Shown here piece after piece: positions 1 to 8,607 of a stretch of 64,000 bases of DNA. The translations under genes were made by a program, and so were the position numbers. Where the stretch lies: assembly GCA_965242835.1 (NCBI GenBank), contig OZ251506.1:3907860-3971859 (forward strand), given 5' to 3'. Each line of letters begins with the position of its first letter. Within the stretch, counting starts at the first letter, position 1. A model generated the notes under the pieces. That model worked only from the letters and a program-made list of their open reading frames with translations. It ran no database searches and was not told the DNA's origin. The DNA is from Vicinamibacterales bacterium. Its GTDB lineage: Bacteria > Acidobacteriota > Vicinamibacteria > Vicinamibacterales > UBA8438.

Positions 1-1459
1 CCGCGGCCCACTCGCCCGCCGGATTCTCCGGCAGGACGTGTTCGATCGTGCCCGGATCGGTGTCGGGATCGCAGCCGCGCCCGGCCGCGTCCGCCTCGAG
101 CCGCGCGAGGACGTACTTCGCGAGTCTTCTCCGCCGGCCGCGGGTGTCGACCGACAGCAGGGCGAAGTCGCGGCGCATCCGGTCGTCGTCCACGTAGATC
201 GGCCGCAGCCGCTCGAAGACGCCGCCGGGCCGGCGGGCCGCACCGTCGAGGACCGCCCTGGCCGCGTGATGATAGGCGGCTTCGAGCGCGCCGGGGTTCA
301 GGTCGCTGACCACGGAATAGCGGAACGAAACGACGCTGACCAGCTTCAGGACCCGGACGAAGTCGTCCCCGTCGAACGTCTCCCACGCCGCGAACAGCAA
401 CGGCATCACCTGCCGCACGCGAAACAACCCGAGATCGCGGACGTGGGCCCGGGCGCCGGGCAGGTCCATCCAGTAGCCGTGGCTCGGGTCCGACATCGCC
501 GCGAAGAGCTCCGCGCGGCGTTCGAGGCCGTCGAGCAGGGCGAAGACGTCCCGGGTGGTCCGCGTCCGGTCCCGCACCAGCTTGAACAGCCGCTGGCTCC
601 GCACCCTCGGCAGCTCGCAGAGCATGTGGTGGCGCAGGAACTCCGGGAACCGCGCCGCGTCCACCGCCGCCGTCAGCGCCCGCCAGCGGCGCCGCAGGGC
701 TTCGAGGTCGGCCGTCACCCGCACCCGCGAGAACAGGTAGTTCTTCAGCAGGTCGGTGGTCGTCAGTTCCAGACCGCGCGCGTTGAGGGTCTCGAAGACG
801 GTGTAGGCGTTCAGCTCGTCGTCCACCGTGATCAGGATGAACAGCAGTTGCCGCGCCGCCGTCTCCGACAACAGGCTCGCCACCGCCCGTCCGTCGTTCC
901 GCCAGTCGTCCTCCAGCGCGCCGAGCCGCTGGACGAACCAGCGGAAACAGTCCCACAGCAGCCGGTTCGACGCCGGCAGGCCCCGGGGCTCGAGCGGCGG
1001 CCGGAGCTGCACCAGACAATCCTGGTAGAAGGCGTCGTCGGTCTCGTTCAGATAGAGGCGGCTGCTCTCGGTCAGCGACGCCGGGTCCTTCTCGCCCACG
1101 AAGCGGTTGCGGAGCTCGCGGGCGCGTTCCGCGTTCGCCTCGGCGTCGACCTCTTCGCCGGCCAGGGCGCCCAACCGGGCGATCACCGCCAGCGCCAGCA
1201 GGCTCAACGTCGCGAGACGCTGCTGGCCGTCGATGACCAGGAACTCGCGGTCCGACTTCTCTTCGACGACCAGCGCGCCCAGGTAGTGGCGGCGGTCCGG
1301 GTGCGGGCGCAGCGCAAGGACGTCGGCCCACAGGTCCTCCCACTGCTCCTCGGACCAGGAGTAGTCGCGCTGATACGGCGGCACGCGGTACGACCGGCCG
1401 TTGCCGATCAGCTCCAGGTAGGTGATCGTCCGCGTGTTCAGGACGTTCGCGCGGGCCAT
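1..1459 (-). CDS. DUF262/DUF1524 (GmrSD-like type IV restriction-type) protein, C-terminus runs off the window
   Basis: Not in the ORF track because it has no stop in the window. Reverse-strand ATG at 1459 gives MARANVLNTRTITYLELIGNGRSYRVPPYQRDYSWSEEQWEDLW...LVIDGQQRLATL (DUF262 hallmarks YQR..W and DGQQR). Near position 1 it reads ...DPGTIEHVLPENP (DUF1524-like EH.LP). The 38..1585 + ORF is its antisense artefact. Confidence 0.8.
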   Translation of the reverse strand, partial: MARANVLNTRTITYLELIGNGRSYRVPPYQRDYSWSEEQWEDLWADVLALRPHPDRRHYLGALVVEEKSDREFLVIDGQQRLATLSLLALAVIARLGALAGEEVDAEANAERARELRNRFVGEKDPASLTESSRLYLNETDDAFYQDCLVQLRPPLEPRGLPASNRLLWDCFRWFVQRLGALEDDWRNDGRAVASLLSETAARQLLFILITVDDELNAYTVFETLNARGLELTTTDLLKNYLFSRVRVTADLEALRRRWRALTAAVDAARFPEFLRHHMLCELPRVRSQRLFKLVRDRTRTTRDVFALLDGLERRAELFAAMSDPSHGYWMDLPGARAHVRDLGLFRVRQVMPLLFAAWETFDGDDFVRVLKLVSVVSFRYSVVSDLNPGALEAAYHHAARAVLDGAARRPGGVFERLRPIYVDDDRMRRDFALLSVDTRGRRRRLAKYVLARLEADAAGRGCDPDTDPGTIEHVLPENPAGEWAA

Positions 1460-1549
1460 CGGGGGGCTCCGGTCATCCGCCGCCGCGTCACCGCGGCTGT
1501 CGCTTGCGCCCCTGCAGCACCGCGTGACGCAGGCGCGCCACAACACTGC

Positions 1550-1738
1550 TCACGGGGTCCATGCCGACCTCGGGACCGTGGTTGATCGGGCGAACGAAAC
1601 CCACGTGAAGACGGTGGTGGCGGTGAGGGCGGCGGAAAGGAAAGCGAAGAACAAGGCTCCGGCATAGGAACGGTCCACCAGAGTCACTATCAGGCACCCG
1701 ATATACACCAGCGTGATGAAGCCGAGGATGATGCTCAT
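1550..1738 (-). CDS. small hypothetical membrane protein (62 aa)
   Basis: Last 62 codons of ORF 1550..1897: MSIILGFITLVYIGCLIVTLVDRSYAGALFFAFLSAALTATTVFTWV, two hydrophobic helices. Start chosen at internal ATG 1738. No family recognised. Confidence 0.3.
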   Translation of the reverse strand: MSIILGFITLVYIGCLIVTLVDRSYAGALFFAFLSAALTATTVFTWVSFARSTTVPRSAWTP

Positions 1739-1815
1739 CACGCGCCAGAGCCGGTCGTCGAGGCGGCGCACGTCGGCGCGGACTTCGGCCCGCGGGCCGG
1801 CAGGAGTCCGCCCGT

Positions 1816-2385
1816 TTACGGCGCAAAACCCTGGCCGAACAGACGCAACGCCGCGACCACCAGGCCCGTGACCGCGACGCTGTTCGCTACCATCCACTTG
1901 ACGAGCCGGAGTTCCTGCGCGCTGATCCTGGCCTCGATGCGCGCTTCGAGCGACTTCATCTCGCGCTGGAAACCGGTGATTTCGGCGCCCATGCGCGCTT
2001 CGAGCGACTTCATCTCGCGCTGGAAACCGGTGATTTCGGCGCCCATGCGCGCTTCGAGCGCAGTGACGTTCGCCTGGACCCCGGCCATGTCCGACTTCAG
2101 AGCCGCGACGTCCGTCTTCATCTCGGTTTGGACCGCGGCGAGGTCCGACTTCAGAGCGGACTCGACGCCGGCGAGGTCCGACTTCAGAGAGGACTCGACG
2201 CCGGCGAGGTCCGACTTCAGAGAGGACTCGCCGGCGAGGTCCGACTTCGTGGCCAGCGTCTCGACGTCGATGGCGGCGGCGTCGTGCTCGGCGGCCAGGC
2301 GCACCGCGTCGGTGATGGCATCGGCCTGGGCCGGCGTGAGGTCCGCCTCGGTCAGGGCGCGGGCGACCGCGTGGGTGTCGAACAT
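1816..2385 (-). CDS. DUF1640-like coiled-coil protein with C-terminal TM anchor
   Basis: Internal ATG 2385 of ORF 1816..2895: MFDTHAVARALTEADLTPAQADAITDAV..., then coiled-coil repeats and a terminal hydrophobic helix (VANSVAVTGLVVAALRLF). The upstream ~170 codons of the track ORF are Arg/Pro-rich artefact. Confidence 0.7.
   Translation of the reverse strand: MFDTHAVARALTEADLTPAQADAITDAVRLAAEHDAAAIDVETLATKSDLAGESSLKSDLAGVESSLKSDLAGVESALKSDLAAVQTEMKTDVAALKSDMAGVQANVTALEARMGAEITGFQREMKSLEARMGAEITGFQREMKSLEARIEARISAQELRLVKWMVANSVAVTGLVVAALRLFGQGFAP
1937..2060. repeat. 54-bp tandem repeat x2.3, in frame inside the DUF1640-like gene
   Basis: Unit atgcgcgcttcgagcgacttcatctcgcgctggaaaccggtgatttcggcgccc is identical at 1937-1990 and 1991-2044, with a partial third copy. 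It encodes LEARMGAEITGFQREMKS twice. Confidence 0.9.
2138..2248. repeat. 33-bp tandem repeat x3.5, in frame inside the DUF1640-like gene
   Basis: Unit gcgaggtccgacttcagagNggactcgacgccg starts at 2138, 2171 and 2204 (the last lacks 3 nt), with a partial copy at 2234. It encodes SLKSDLAGVES-type repeats. Confidence 0.9.
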
Positions 2386-2483
2386 CAGAACTTCACGATG
2401 ACACGGGCCGAAAAGCCGAGCGAAATCGGTGCAACCGGGGCGGCGGTCCCCGGCGCCGGGACGAGCCGCTGGCGCCCACCAAG

Positions 2484-2557
2484 CGTCGCCTTGCGGCTCC
2501 GCTCGGCGCCCAGCCCTTCCGAACAGGAGTCCGCGCCGTCCGCGGCGCAGACTCCTA
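2484..2557 (-). repeat. 74-bp 3' element with stop-codon-abutting hairpin (copy A)
   Basis: Shares cgtcgcctKgcggctccgctcggcgccca... plus a hairpin with 4244..4317. Stem 2526-2538 / 2543-2555 (13 bp). The single C.A mismatch on the + strand is G.U in the - strand RNA. The last stem base is the G of the ankyrin gene TAG stop. Confidence 0.75.
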
Positions 2558-4024
2558 GCGCGCGTCCGGCTCCCGCACGACGTCCGGCGGGCTCGGCTCC
2601 GCGCCCAGCCGCCGCAGCAGCGCGGCGGTCGTGTCGGACTTCGCGAAGTTGCCGCCGGTGTGGATGCCCTCGGCGATGACCAGCGGCGTCCAGGCGCGGT
2701 TGTTCTTCGCGTCGATGTCCGCGCCGCGGTCGACGAGGAACCGCACGATGGAATCCGCGCGTTCGCGCCAGGCCGCGCCGTGCAGCGCGGTGTCGCCCTT
2801 CTGGTTGACCGCGTTGACGTCGCCGCCCGTCTCCACCAGCAACTCGAGGGCCTCGAGAGCCTCCCCTTCGGTGGACCGCGTGATGCCCGGCTCATGGCCG
2901 ACGCCGGCCGCGTGCATCAGGGCCGTGGTGCCGTCGACGGTGGGGATGAACGGATCTGCGCCCGCGGCGAGCAGCGCGCGCATCACCGGCAGGTCGTTGG
3001 CCTTGGCCGCGATCACGAACGCCGTCGCGCCGCGCATGTTCCCCAGATGGCCCTTCACCTGGATGCCGAACCCCGGGGTGCGCGCCGTCCGCAGGTTCGG
3101 ATCCGCGCCGTGGTCGAGGAGGCGGCGCACCATGCGGAGGCGGTCGGCGGCGTGCAGCCCGCCGAACGGGCTCCATCGATTGCCCTCGGCGACGCCGTTG
3201 GAGAGGTCGTTCAGCTCCGTGTCCCACTTCCCCGCCGCCCAGTGCAGCGGCGAGAAGCCGGGTCCGAGGTTCGGGTCCGCCCCCTGCTCCAGCAGGAACT
3301 CCGCGTGGTCGAGCCGCCGGCGAACGGTGGCGACGACCAGCGCGGTGGCGCCGTCCGCGGCCGAGGCGTCGACGTCCGCGCCCGCCTCGAGCAGCGCCTC
3401 GGTCGTCTCGCGGTAACCCTCCCGCGCCGCGAGGACGAGCGCCGTGTAGCCCGTCGTCGTGCGCGCGTCCACGTCCGCCCCGTGCTCGATCAGCGCGCGG
3501 ACCACGTCCGCGTGCCCTTCCCACGCGGCCCACATCAGCGCCGTCTGGCCGCGGGCGGCTTCGCCCGCGTTCACGTCCGCGCCGCGAGCGAGCAGCGGGG
3601 TGACCGCGTCCAGCACGCCCCCGCGCGCGCAGGTCATCAGGACCGTCTCGCCCGTCGCCTGCGCGCCGCGCGGGTCCGCGCCGGCCTCCAGCAGGCGCTC
3701 GACCATGCCGGGGCTGGCGTTCGTGCAGGCCAGCACGAGCGGCGTGACCCCGTAGCGGTCGGCCGCGTCCACGTCCGCCCCGGCGCCGAGCAGCAGGCCG
3801 GCCAAGTCCGCGCGGTCCCACTGCGCCGCCCAGTGCAGCGCGGTGAAGCCGTCGGGCCGGACGCCGTCCACCGCGGCCCCGGCGGCGAGCAGCGCGCGGA
3901 CGGCCGCGACGTCCCGGTTCCGGGCCGCGTCGGCCACGCGCAGGTCGGGCGGAGCCGCGAAGGCCGCCGCGGACGACGCCAGAACGACGGCCGCAACGTT
4001 CACGAGTCGCATGGTCATGGGCAT
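2555..4024 (-). CDS. secreted ankyrin-repeat protein
   Basis: Signal peptide MRLVNVAAVVLASSAAAFA followed by more than 10 ankyrin repeats (G.TALH.AA..G....V..LL..GADVNA pattern throughout the 489 aa). Confidence 0.9.
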   Translation of the reverse strand: MPMTMRLVNVAAVVLASSAAAFAAPPDLRVADAARNRDVAAVRALLAAGAAVDGVRPDGFTALHWAAQWDRADLAGLLLGAGADVDAADRYGVTPLVLACTNASPGMVERLLEAGADPRGAQATGETVLMTCARGGVLDAVTPLLARGADVNAGEAARGQTALMWAAWEGHADVVRALIEHGADVDARTTTGYTALVLAAREGYRETTEALLEAGADVDASAADGATALVVATVRRRLDHAEFLLEQGADPNLGPGFSPLHWAAGKWDTELNDLSNGVAEGNRWSPFGGLHAADRLRMVRRLLDHGADPNLRTARTPGFGIQVKGHLGNMRGATAFVIAAKANDLPVMRALLAAGADPFIPTVDGTTALMHAAGVGHEPGITRSTEGEALEALELLVETGGDVNAVNQKGDTALHGAAWRERADSIVRFLVDRGADIDAKNNRAWTPLVIAEGIHTGGNFAKSDTTAALLRRLGAEPSPPDVVREPDAR

Positions 4025-4243
4025 CTGTCATCCGTCCTTCGAATCCGAACCCCGCGGGGCGAACCGCGGCGCATACACATCGCCGCGCGCATTCGCACCC
4101 GCCCCTTGCTCACCCGGCCGAGCGGCCGAGCGGCCCCGCCGCGCGCCGACCGCTCCCCGTCACGTCCGCGCGGCGTCGTCCGCGCCGGTCGCGCCCCCCC
4201 CTCACGCCGCGCGGCGTCCGCCGGCCCCGCTCGCCCGCCAACC

Positions 4244-4317
4244 GTCGCCTGGCGGCTCCGCTCGGCGCCCAACCCAATCCTCCAGGAGTCCGCGCCGTTC
4301 CAGGGCGCAGACTCCTA
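4244..4317 (-). repeat. 74-bp 3' element with stop-codon-abutting hairpin (copy B)
   Basis: Same element as 2484..2557. Stem 4285-4296 / 4304-4315 (12 bp, same G.U position in the - strand RNA). The last stem base is the G of the DUF1552 gene TAG stop (4315-4317). A degenerate third copy lies at 21257..21285, again ending on a TAG stop. Confidence 0.75.
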
Positions 4318-5673
4318 CACGCCCGACAGGATCGGCAGTTCGCCGGTGGCGTCGCCGAGACGCTCGGCCGGCAGGCCCATCTTCTCGAGCAGCGTCAGGT
4401 GCATGTTGGCCAGCGGCGTGCCCTCCGGCAGCCGCACGTGCCGGCCGCCCCGCAGCGTTCCGGCGCCGGAGCCGGCCACCACGATCGGCAGGTCGAGCGG
4501 GTCGTGCGCGTTGCTGTTGCCCATGCCGGCCCCGTAGACGACCATCGCCTGGTCGAGCAACGTCCCGTCGCCGTCCGCCGTCGCCCGCAGCTTCTCCAGG
4601 AAGCGCCCGAAGATCCGCGTGTGGAACGTGTTGATCTTCGCCAGCTTGACCAGTTGCTCCTCGCGGTGCCGGTGGTGCGAGACGGGGTGGTGCGGCTCGG
4701 CGACCCCGATCTCGGGATAGGTCCGCACGCTCTTCTCGCGGCCGACCAGGAAGGTGCAGACCCGCGTCAGGTCGGCCTGCCAGGCGACCAGCATCAGGTC
4801 GAACATCAGGTCGGCGTACTCCTCGAAGTCGGCGGGGATGCCGGCCGGCTGCTCGACCTCCGGCAGCCCGCGGCCGCTCTGCGACTCGGCGATCTGGATG
4901 CGCCGCTCGACGTCGCGGACCGAATCGAGGTACCCGGCGAGCTTCGAGCGGTCGCCGCGGCCGAGCCGCCGCCGCAGGTCGGAGATCTCGGCGTTCACCG
5001 AGTCGAGGATGCTCCGGTCGCGGCGCAGCGCCCGCGCCCGCGCGGCCGGCTCGGTGCTGTCGACGGCGCCGAACAGGTGCTCGAACACCGCGCGCGGGTT
5101 GGTCTGCATCGGCAGCGGCGTGTTCGCGTCGCGCCAGGCGATGGTGGCGCTGTAGGCGCAGCCGTAGCCGTCCTCGCACTGCCCCACCAGCTCGTTGGCC
5201 TCCAGCGACAGCTCCAGCGAGGCGAGCTGCGTGTCCTCGCGCAGCTCGCGGGCCGCGAGCTGGTCCATCGACACGCCCACTTCCAGGGTGCTGTTGGTCC
5301 CCGACGCCTTCACCGCGTGGGCGCCCGTGAGGTAGGCCGCCTGGCAGCGCGAGTGGTCGCCGTCGCCCTCGTCGAGGCGCTGCTTGGCCTCCTTGTTGGC
5401 CATGCCGCTCAGCACCAGCAACTGGTCCTTCACCGGGGTCAGCGGCGACAGGATCGGGGTCATCTCCAGGGCGCCCTCGGTGGGCGGCAACCAGCGCGCC
5501 ATGCTCATGCCGTTCGGCACGTAGATCGCGCCGAGCCGCCGGACGGGCCGCGCCGCGGTGTTCCGGATGGCGGCGAACGCCGGGACCATGCCGTCGAGCA
5601 GCGGCAGCGCGATGCTCGCTCCGAGGCCCCGCAGCATCGTTCGGCGTGACAGCGACTTCTTCGTGATCAGCAT
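4315..5673 (-). CDS. DUF1552 domain protein (Tat-type signal)
   Basis: MLITKKSLSRRTMLRGLGASIALPLL twin-Arg signal. Whole-length resemblance to DUF1552 proteins that pair with DUF1592-type proteins. Starts 45 bp downstream of the partner gene stop. Confidence 0.85.
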   Translation of the reverse strand: MLITKKSLSRRTMLRGLGASIALPLLDGMVPAFAAIRNTAARPVRRLGAIYVPNGMSMARWLPPTEGALEMTPILSPLTPVKDQLLVLSGMANKEAKQRLDEGDGDHSRCQAAYLTGAHAVKASGTNSTLEVGVSMDQLAARELREDTQLASLELSLEANELVGQCEDGYGCAYSATIAWRDANTPLPMQTNPRAVFEHLFGAVDSTEPAARARALRRDRSILDSVNAEISDLRRRLGRGDRSKLAGYLDSVRDVERRIQIAESQSGRGLPEVEQPAGIPADFEEYADLMFDLMLVAWQADLTRVCTFLVGREKSVRTYPEIGVAEPHHPVSHHRHREEQLVKLAKINTFHTRIFGRFLEKLRATADGDGTLLDQAMVVYGAGMGNSNAHDPLDLPIVVAGSGAGTLRGGRHVRLPEGTPLANMHLTLLEKMGLPAERLGDATGELPILSGV

Positions 5674-5718
5674 CAGAGTCTCCTCGTTGCCCGGCCCGTC
5701 CGGGTCTTCGACGCCGCG

Positions 5719-8205
5719 CTATTGCTGTACTGCCGCCGCCGCGTCCGCGCGCGCCGCGCGCAACTGGAACGGCGGGCTTTCGACGATTCCCAGAACCAGC
5801 GACGACCAGCGGTGGTCCGCCGGCGCCGCGTCGCGCAGGATGGCGCGGACCGCCGGCATGTCGGTGTGCCGGACCGGCCGGCCGAGGGCGTAGGTCAGGA
5901 GCTTCTCGGTGAACGTGCGCACGAACTCCCCGCTCCGGTCGAGCAGCGCCTCGCGGAATTCGACCGGACCGTCGAACGCCGTCCCGTCCGGCAGGACGCC
6001 CGAGGCGTCGACCCGCGTCCCGCCGTCGGTCTCCCGCCAGCGCCCGATGCCGTCGAAGTTCTCGAGCGCGAAGCCCAGCGGGTCCATCTGCAGGTGGCAC
6101 GCGGCGCAGGCGGGGTTGCGGCGGTGGGCGGCCATGAGCTCGCGGATCGAAGCCGGCTCGCCCCCGTCCCCGGCGGCTTCCTCCAGCGCCGGCACGTCGG
6201 GCGGCGGGGGCGGCGGGGGCGAGCCCAGGATGTTGTCCAGCAGGTACTTGCCGCGCACCACCGGCGAGGTCCGCGTGGCGTAGGAGGTGACGGTCAGGAC
6301 GCTTCCGTGGCCCAGCAATCCGGCCCGGGCGGGGTCGCCGAGCGGCACGCGGCGGAAGTGCGCCCCGTACACGTTGCGCACGCCGTAGAACCGCGCCAGC
6401 CGCTCGTTCAGATACGAGTAGTCGGCCGTCAGCAGCTCCGTCAGCGGGCGGTCGCCGCGCAGTTGGCTCTCCAGGAACAGCTCGGTCTCGCGCCGGAACG
6501 CTTCCCGCAGGTTGTCGTCGAACTCCGGGTAGGCGCTGGCGTCGGGGTCGACGGCCCGCAGGTTGCGGATGCGCAGCCACTGGCCGCCGAAGCTGGCGGC
6601 CAGTGCCCGGGCCCGGGGGTCGGCGAGCATGCGCCGCACCTGGGCTTCCAGCACGCCCGGCTCCCGCAGCGTGCCGCCGGCCGCGGCGTCGAGCAGCTCG
6701 TCGTCCGGGATGCTGCTCCACAGGAAGAACGACAGCCGCGAGGCCAGCTCCAGGTCGCTGACGCGGTACGCGCCGCCGGCCGCGGCGTGCGCCGGGTCGC
6801 GCTCGATGCGGAACAGGAACCGCGGCGAGACCAGCAGCCGGGCCAGCGCCTCCTGCACGCCGCGCTCGAAACCGCCCTCCTCGCGCCCGGCGCGGTAGAA
6901 CCGCAGCAGGGTCTCGACGTCCTCCCCGGCCGGCGGGCCGCGATAGGCGCGCCGCGCCAGCGTCTCGAGGATCCGCCGCGCGCACGGCTCCTCGTCGGCT
7001 TCGCCGGCGGGCCGGCAGACGAACACGCGGCGGCGGCTCGGCGTGTCGCCCGGACCCGTCGGGTCGAAGGGCCCCTCCAGCCGCACGGTGTCGACGTCCA
7101 TCCGCGGCGCCTCGTAGGTGGAGCTGGTGTGCCGCGGCGGCAGCAGCGTCGGCGCCATGCCCTCGGTCAGCACGCTCTTGCGGACGAACGCCACGCCGAG
7201 GTCGCGCGGGCCCGCGGGGGCGGAGAACCGCGCCTCCAGGGTGTCGTCCGCCGTCAGGTGGTACGGGGACGTGCGGTAGATCCCGGACCCCGTGCAGCGC
7301 GGCGCGTCGGAGTCGTTGCACTCTCCGCCGATCGTGAAGCGGGTGACCAGCGCTCCGTCGAGCAGCACGTCGATCTCCTCCCGCGTGCCGATGGCGCGGA
7401 TGCGCGAGTTCGTGAAGTTCCGGCCGAGCCGGATCTTCACCACGTACTCGCCGTCCAGCGGGAAGTGATGCCGCACGAGGGCGCCGCCGCGCGTGCCGTA
7501 CGGCAGGCCCTCGTGCATGCGGGCGTCCTGCCGCAGCCCGCGCGACAGGTCGAAGGTCTCGACCGACGGCCCGAGGGCCGGGTCGCCGACCGCGAGCTGG
7601 CTGATGCGGCGCGCGGCGAACATGTAGCGGCCGAGCAGCGTCGGCGACATCGACAGCACGTCGGCGATGTTGTCGAAACCCTGGTCCGACTCGTCGGCCG
7701 GCAGCAGCTCGGCGGGATCGATCTCCAGCGCCAGCAGGTCGCGGACGGCGTTGCCGTACTCGAAGCGGTTCAGGCGGTGGTCGGCGACGCGGCCCGGATT
7801 CGGCCGGGCGGCGGCGTGGCGATCGAGCTCGGTCTCGAGCCACGTCACGAACGCGTCGAGCGCCGCCGGCTCGGGGCGGCGGCGGCCGGGCGGCGGCATG
7901 GCGCCGCTGCGCAGCTTGCGCGCCACCTTCTCCCAGGTCTCGGCGCCGGCGCCGACGTGGTCCACGTCGGCCGCGTCGAGCAGGAGGTTGGCGGTCCGCA
8001 GCCGCTCGTTGTGGCAGGCGACGCAGTGGCGGTCGAGGAAGGCGCGCGCGTCGGGCGCGCCGACGCGGGAGACGGCCCGGGCCGCGGCGGCCGGCTCCGG
8101 GCGGGCCGCGGCTTCTTCGGCCCGTAGCGGCGCGGCGTCCAGGAACGACGCCGCCGCCAGCACGACGATGCACGCCGCCGGGACGCCGCGTGACGACCTT
8201 GACAT
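5719..8205 (-). CDS. DUF1592/DUF1595/DUF1588/DUF1587/DUF1585 multidomain protein with haem-c-like motif
   Basis: Internal ATG 8205 (MSRSSRGVPAACIVVLAAASFLDAAPLRAEE signal). CVACHNERL near the N-terminus. Long body typical of planctomycete-type PSD/DUF159x proteins. The 96 upstream codons of the track ORF cross a tandem repeat and look artefactual. Confidence 0.8.
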   Translation of the reverse strand: MSRSSRGVPAACIVVLAAASFLDAAPLRAEEAAARPEPAAAARAVSRVGAPDARAFLDRHCVACHNERLRTANLLLDAADVDHVGAGAETWEKVARKLRSGAMPPPGRRRPEPAALDAFVTWLETELDRHAAARPNPGRVADHRLNRFEYGNAVRDLLALEIDPAELLPADESDQGFDNIADVLSMSPTLLGRYMFAARRISQLAVGDPALGPSVETFDLSRGLRQDARMHEGLPYGTRGGALVRHHFPLDGEYVVKIRLGRNFTNSRIRAIGTREEIDVLLDGALVTRFTIGGECNDSDAPRCTGSGIYRTSPYHLTADDTLEARFSAPAGPRDLGVAFVRKSVLTEGMAPTLLPPRHTSSTYEAPRMDVDTVRLEGPFDPTGPGDTPSRRRVFVCRPAGEADEEPCARRILETLARRAYRGPPAGEDVETLLRFYRAGREEGGFERGVQEALARLLVSPRFLFRIERDPAHAAAGGAYRVSDLELASRLSFFLWSSIPDDELLDAAAGGTLREPGVLEAQVRRMLADPRARALAASFGGQWLRIRNLRAVDPDASAYPEFDDNLREAFRRETELFLESQLRGDRPLTELLTADYSYLNERLARFYGVRNVYGAHFRRVPLGDPARAGLLGHGSVLTVTSYATRTSPVVRGKYLLDNILGSPPPPPPPDVPALEEAAGDGGEPASIRELMAAHRRNPACAACHLQMDPLGFALENFDGIGRWRETDGGTRVDASGVLPDGTAFDGPVEFREALLDRSGEFVRTFTEKLLTYALGRPVRHTDMPAVRAILRDAAPADHRWSSLVLGIVESPPFQLRAARADAAAAVQQ

Positions 8206-8355
8206 CCTGCTGCCCTCCTCCACCGGACGAAACGGCGCACGGACGGCGGGCCTGCCGGGAAGCTCCCCGGGCCGCGAGATCGTTCCCGCCCCGTAGTATA
8301 GCAACCCACGCGGCCGCGCGGCGTATTTTTCGGAGGCCGGTTCGGCGGTTCCTCC

Positions 8356-8530
8356 CCGGCGCGCCGCGGGGCGGGTTCGCGGCCGGACCTCCGTGGCAGG
8401 AGTCGCGGATCGACGACTCGCCGGCCTCCGGCGCGCCGCGGGGCGGGTTCGCGGCCGGACCTCCGTGGCAGGAGTCGCAGATCGACGACTCACCGGCTCC
8501 GGCGCGGGGCGGGTTCGCGGCCGGAACCGA
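8356..8530. repeat. ~71-bp intergenic tandem repeat x2.4
   Basis: ccggcgcgccgcggggcgggttcgcggccggacctccgtggcaggagtcgcRgatcgacgactcRccggc repeated from 8356 and 8428, with a partial third copy from ~8499. Contains the small hairpin gagtcg-cggat-cgactc. Confidence 0.85.
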
Positions 8531-8607
8531 ACCGGCGCGGAGCGGCACGGTCTTCGCGACCCGGGGCGTGGACGGCGTGTCCGCGGGCCGCCCCGGCGCC
8601 GGCCGCG

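Noticed and set aside
38-1585. 515-aa + strand ORF
   Set aside because: Arg/Pro/Ala/Gly-rich with no recognisable motifs. It is the antisense of a convincing DUF262/DUF1524 gene on the minus strand.
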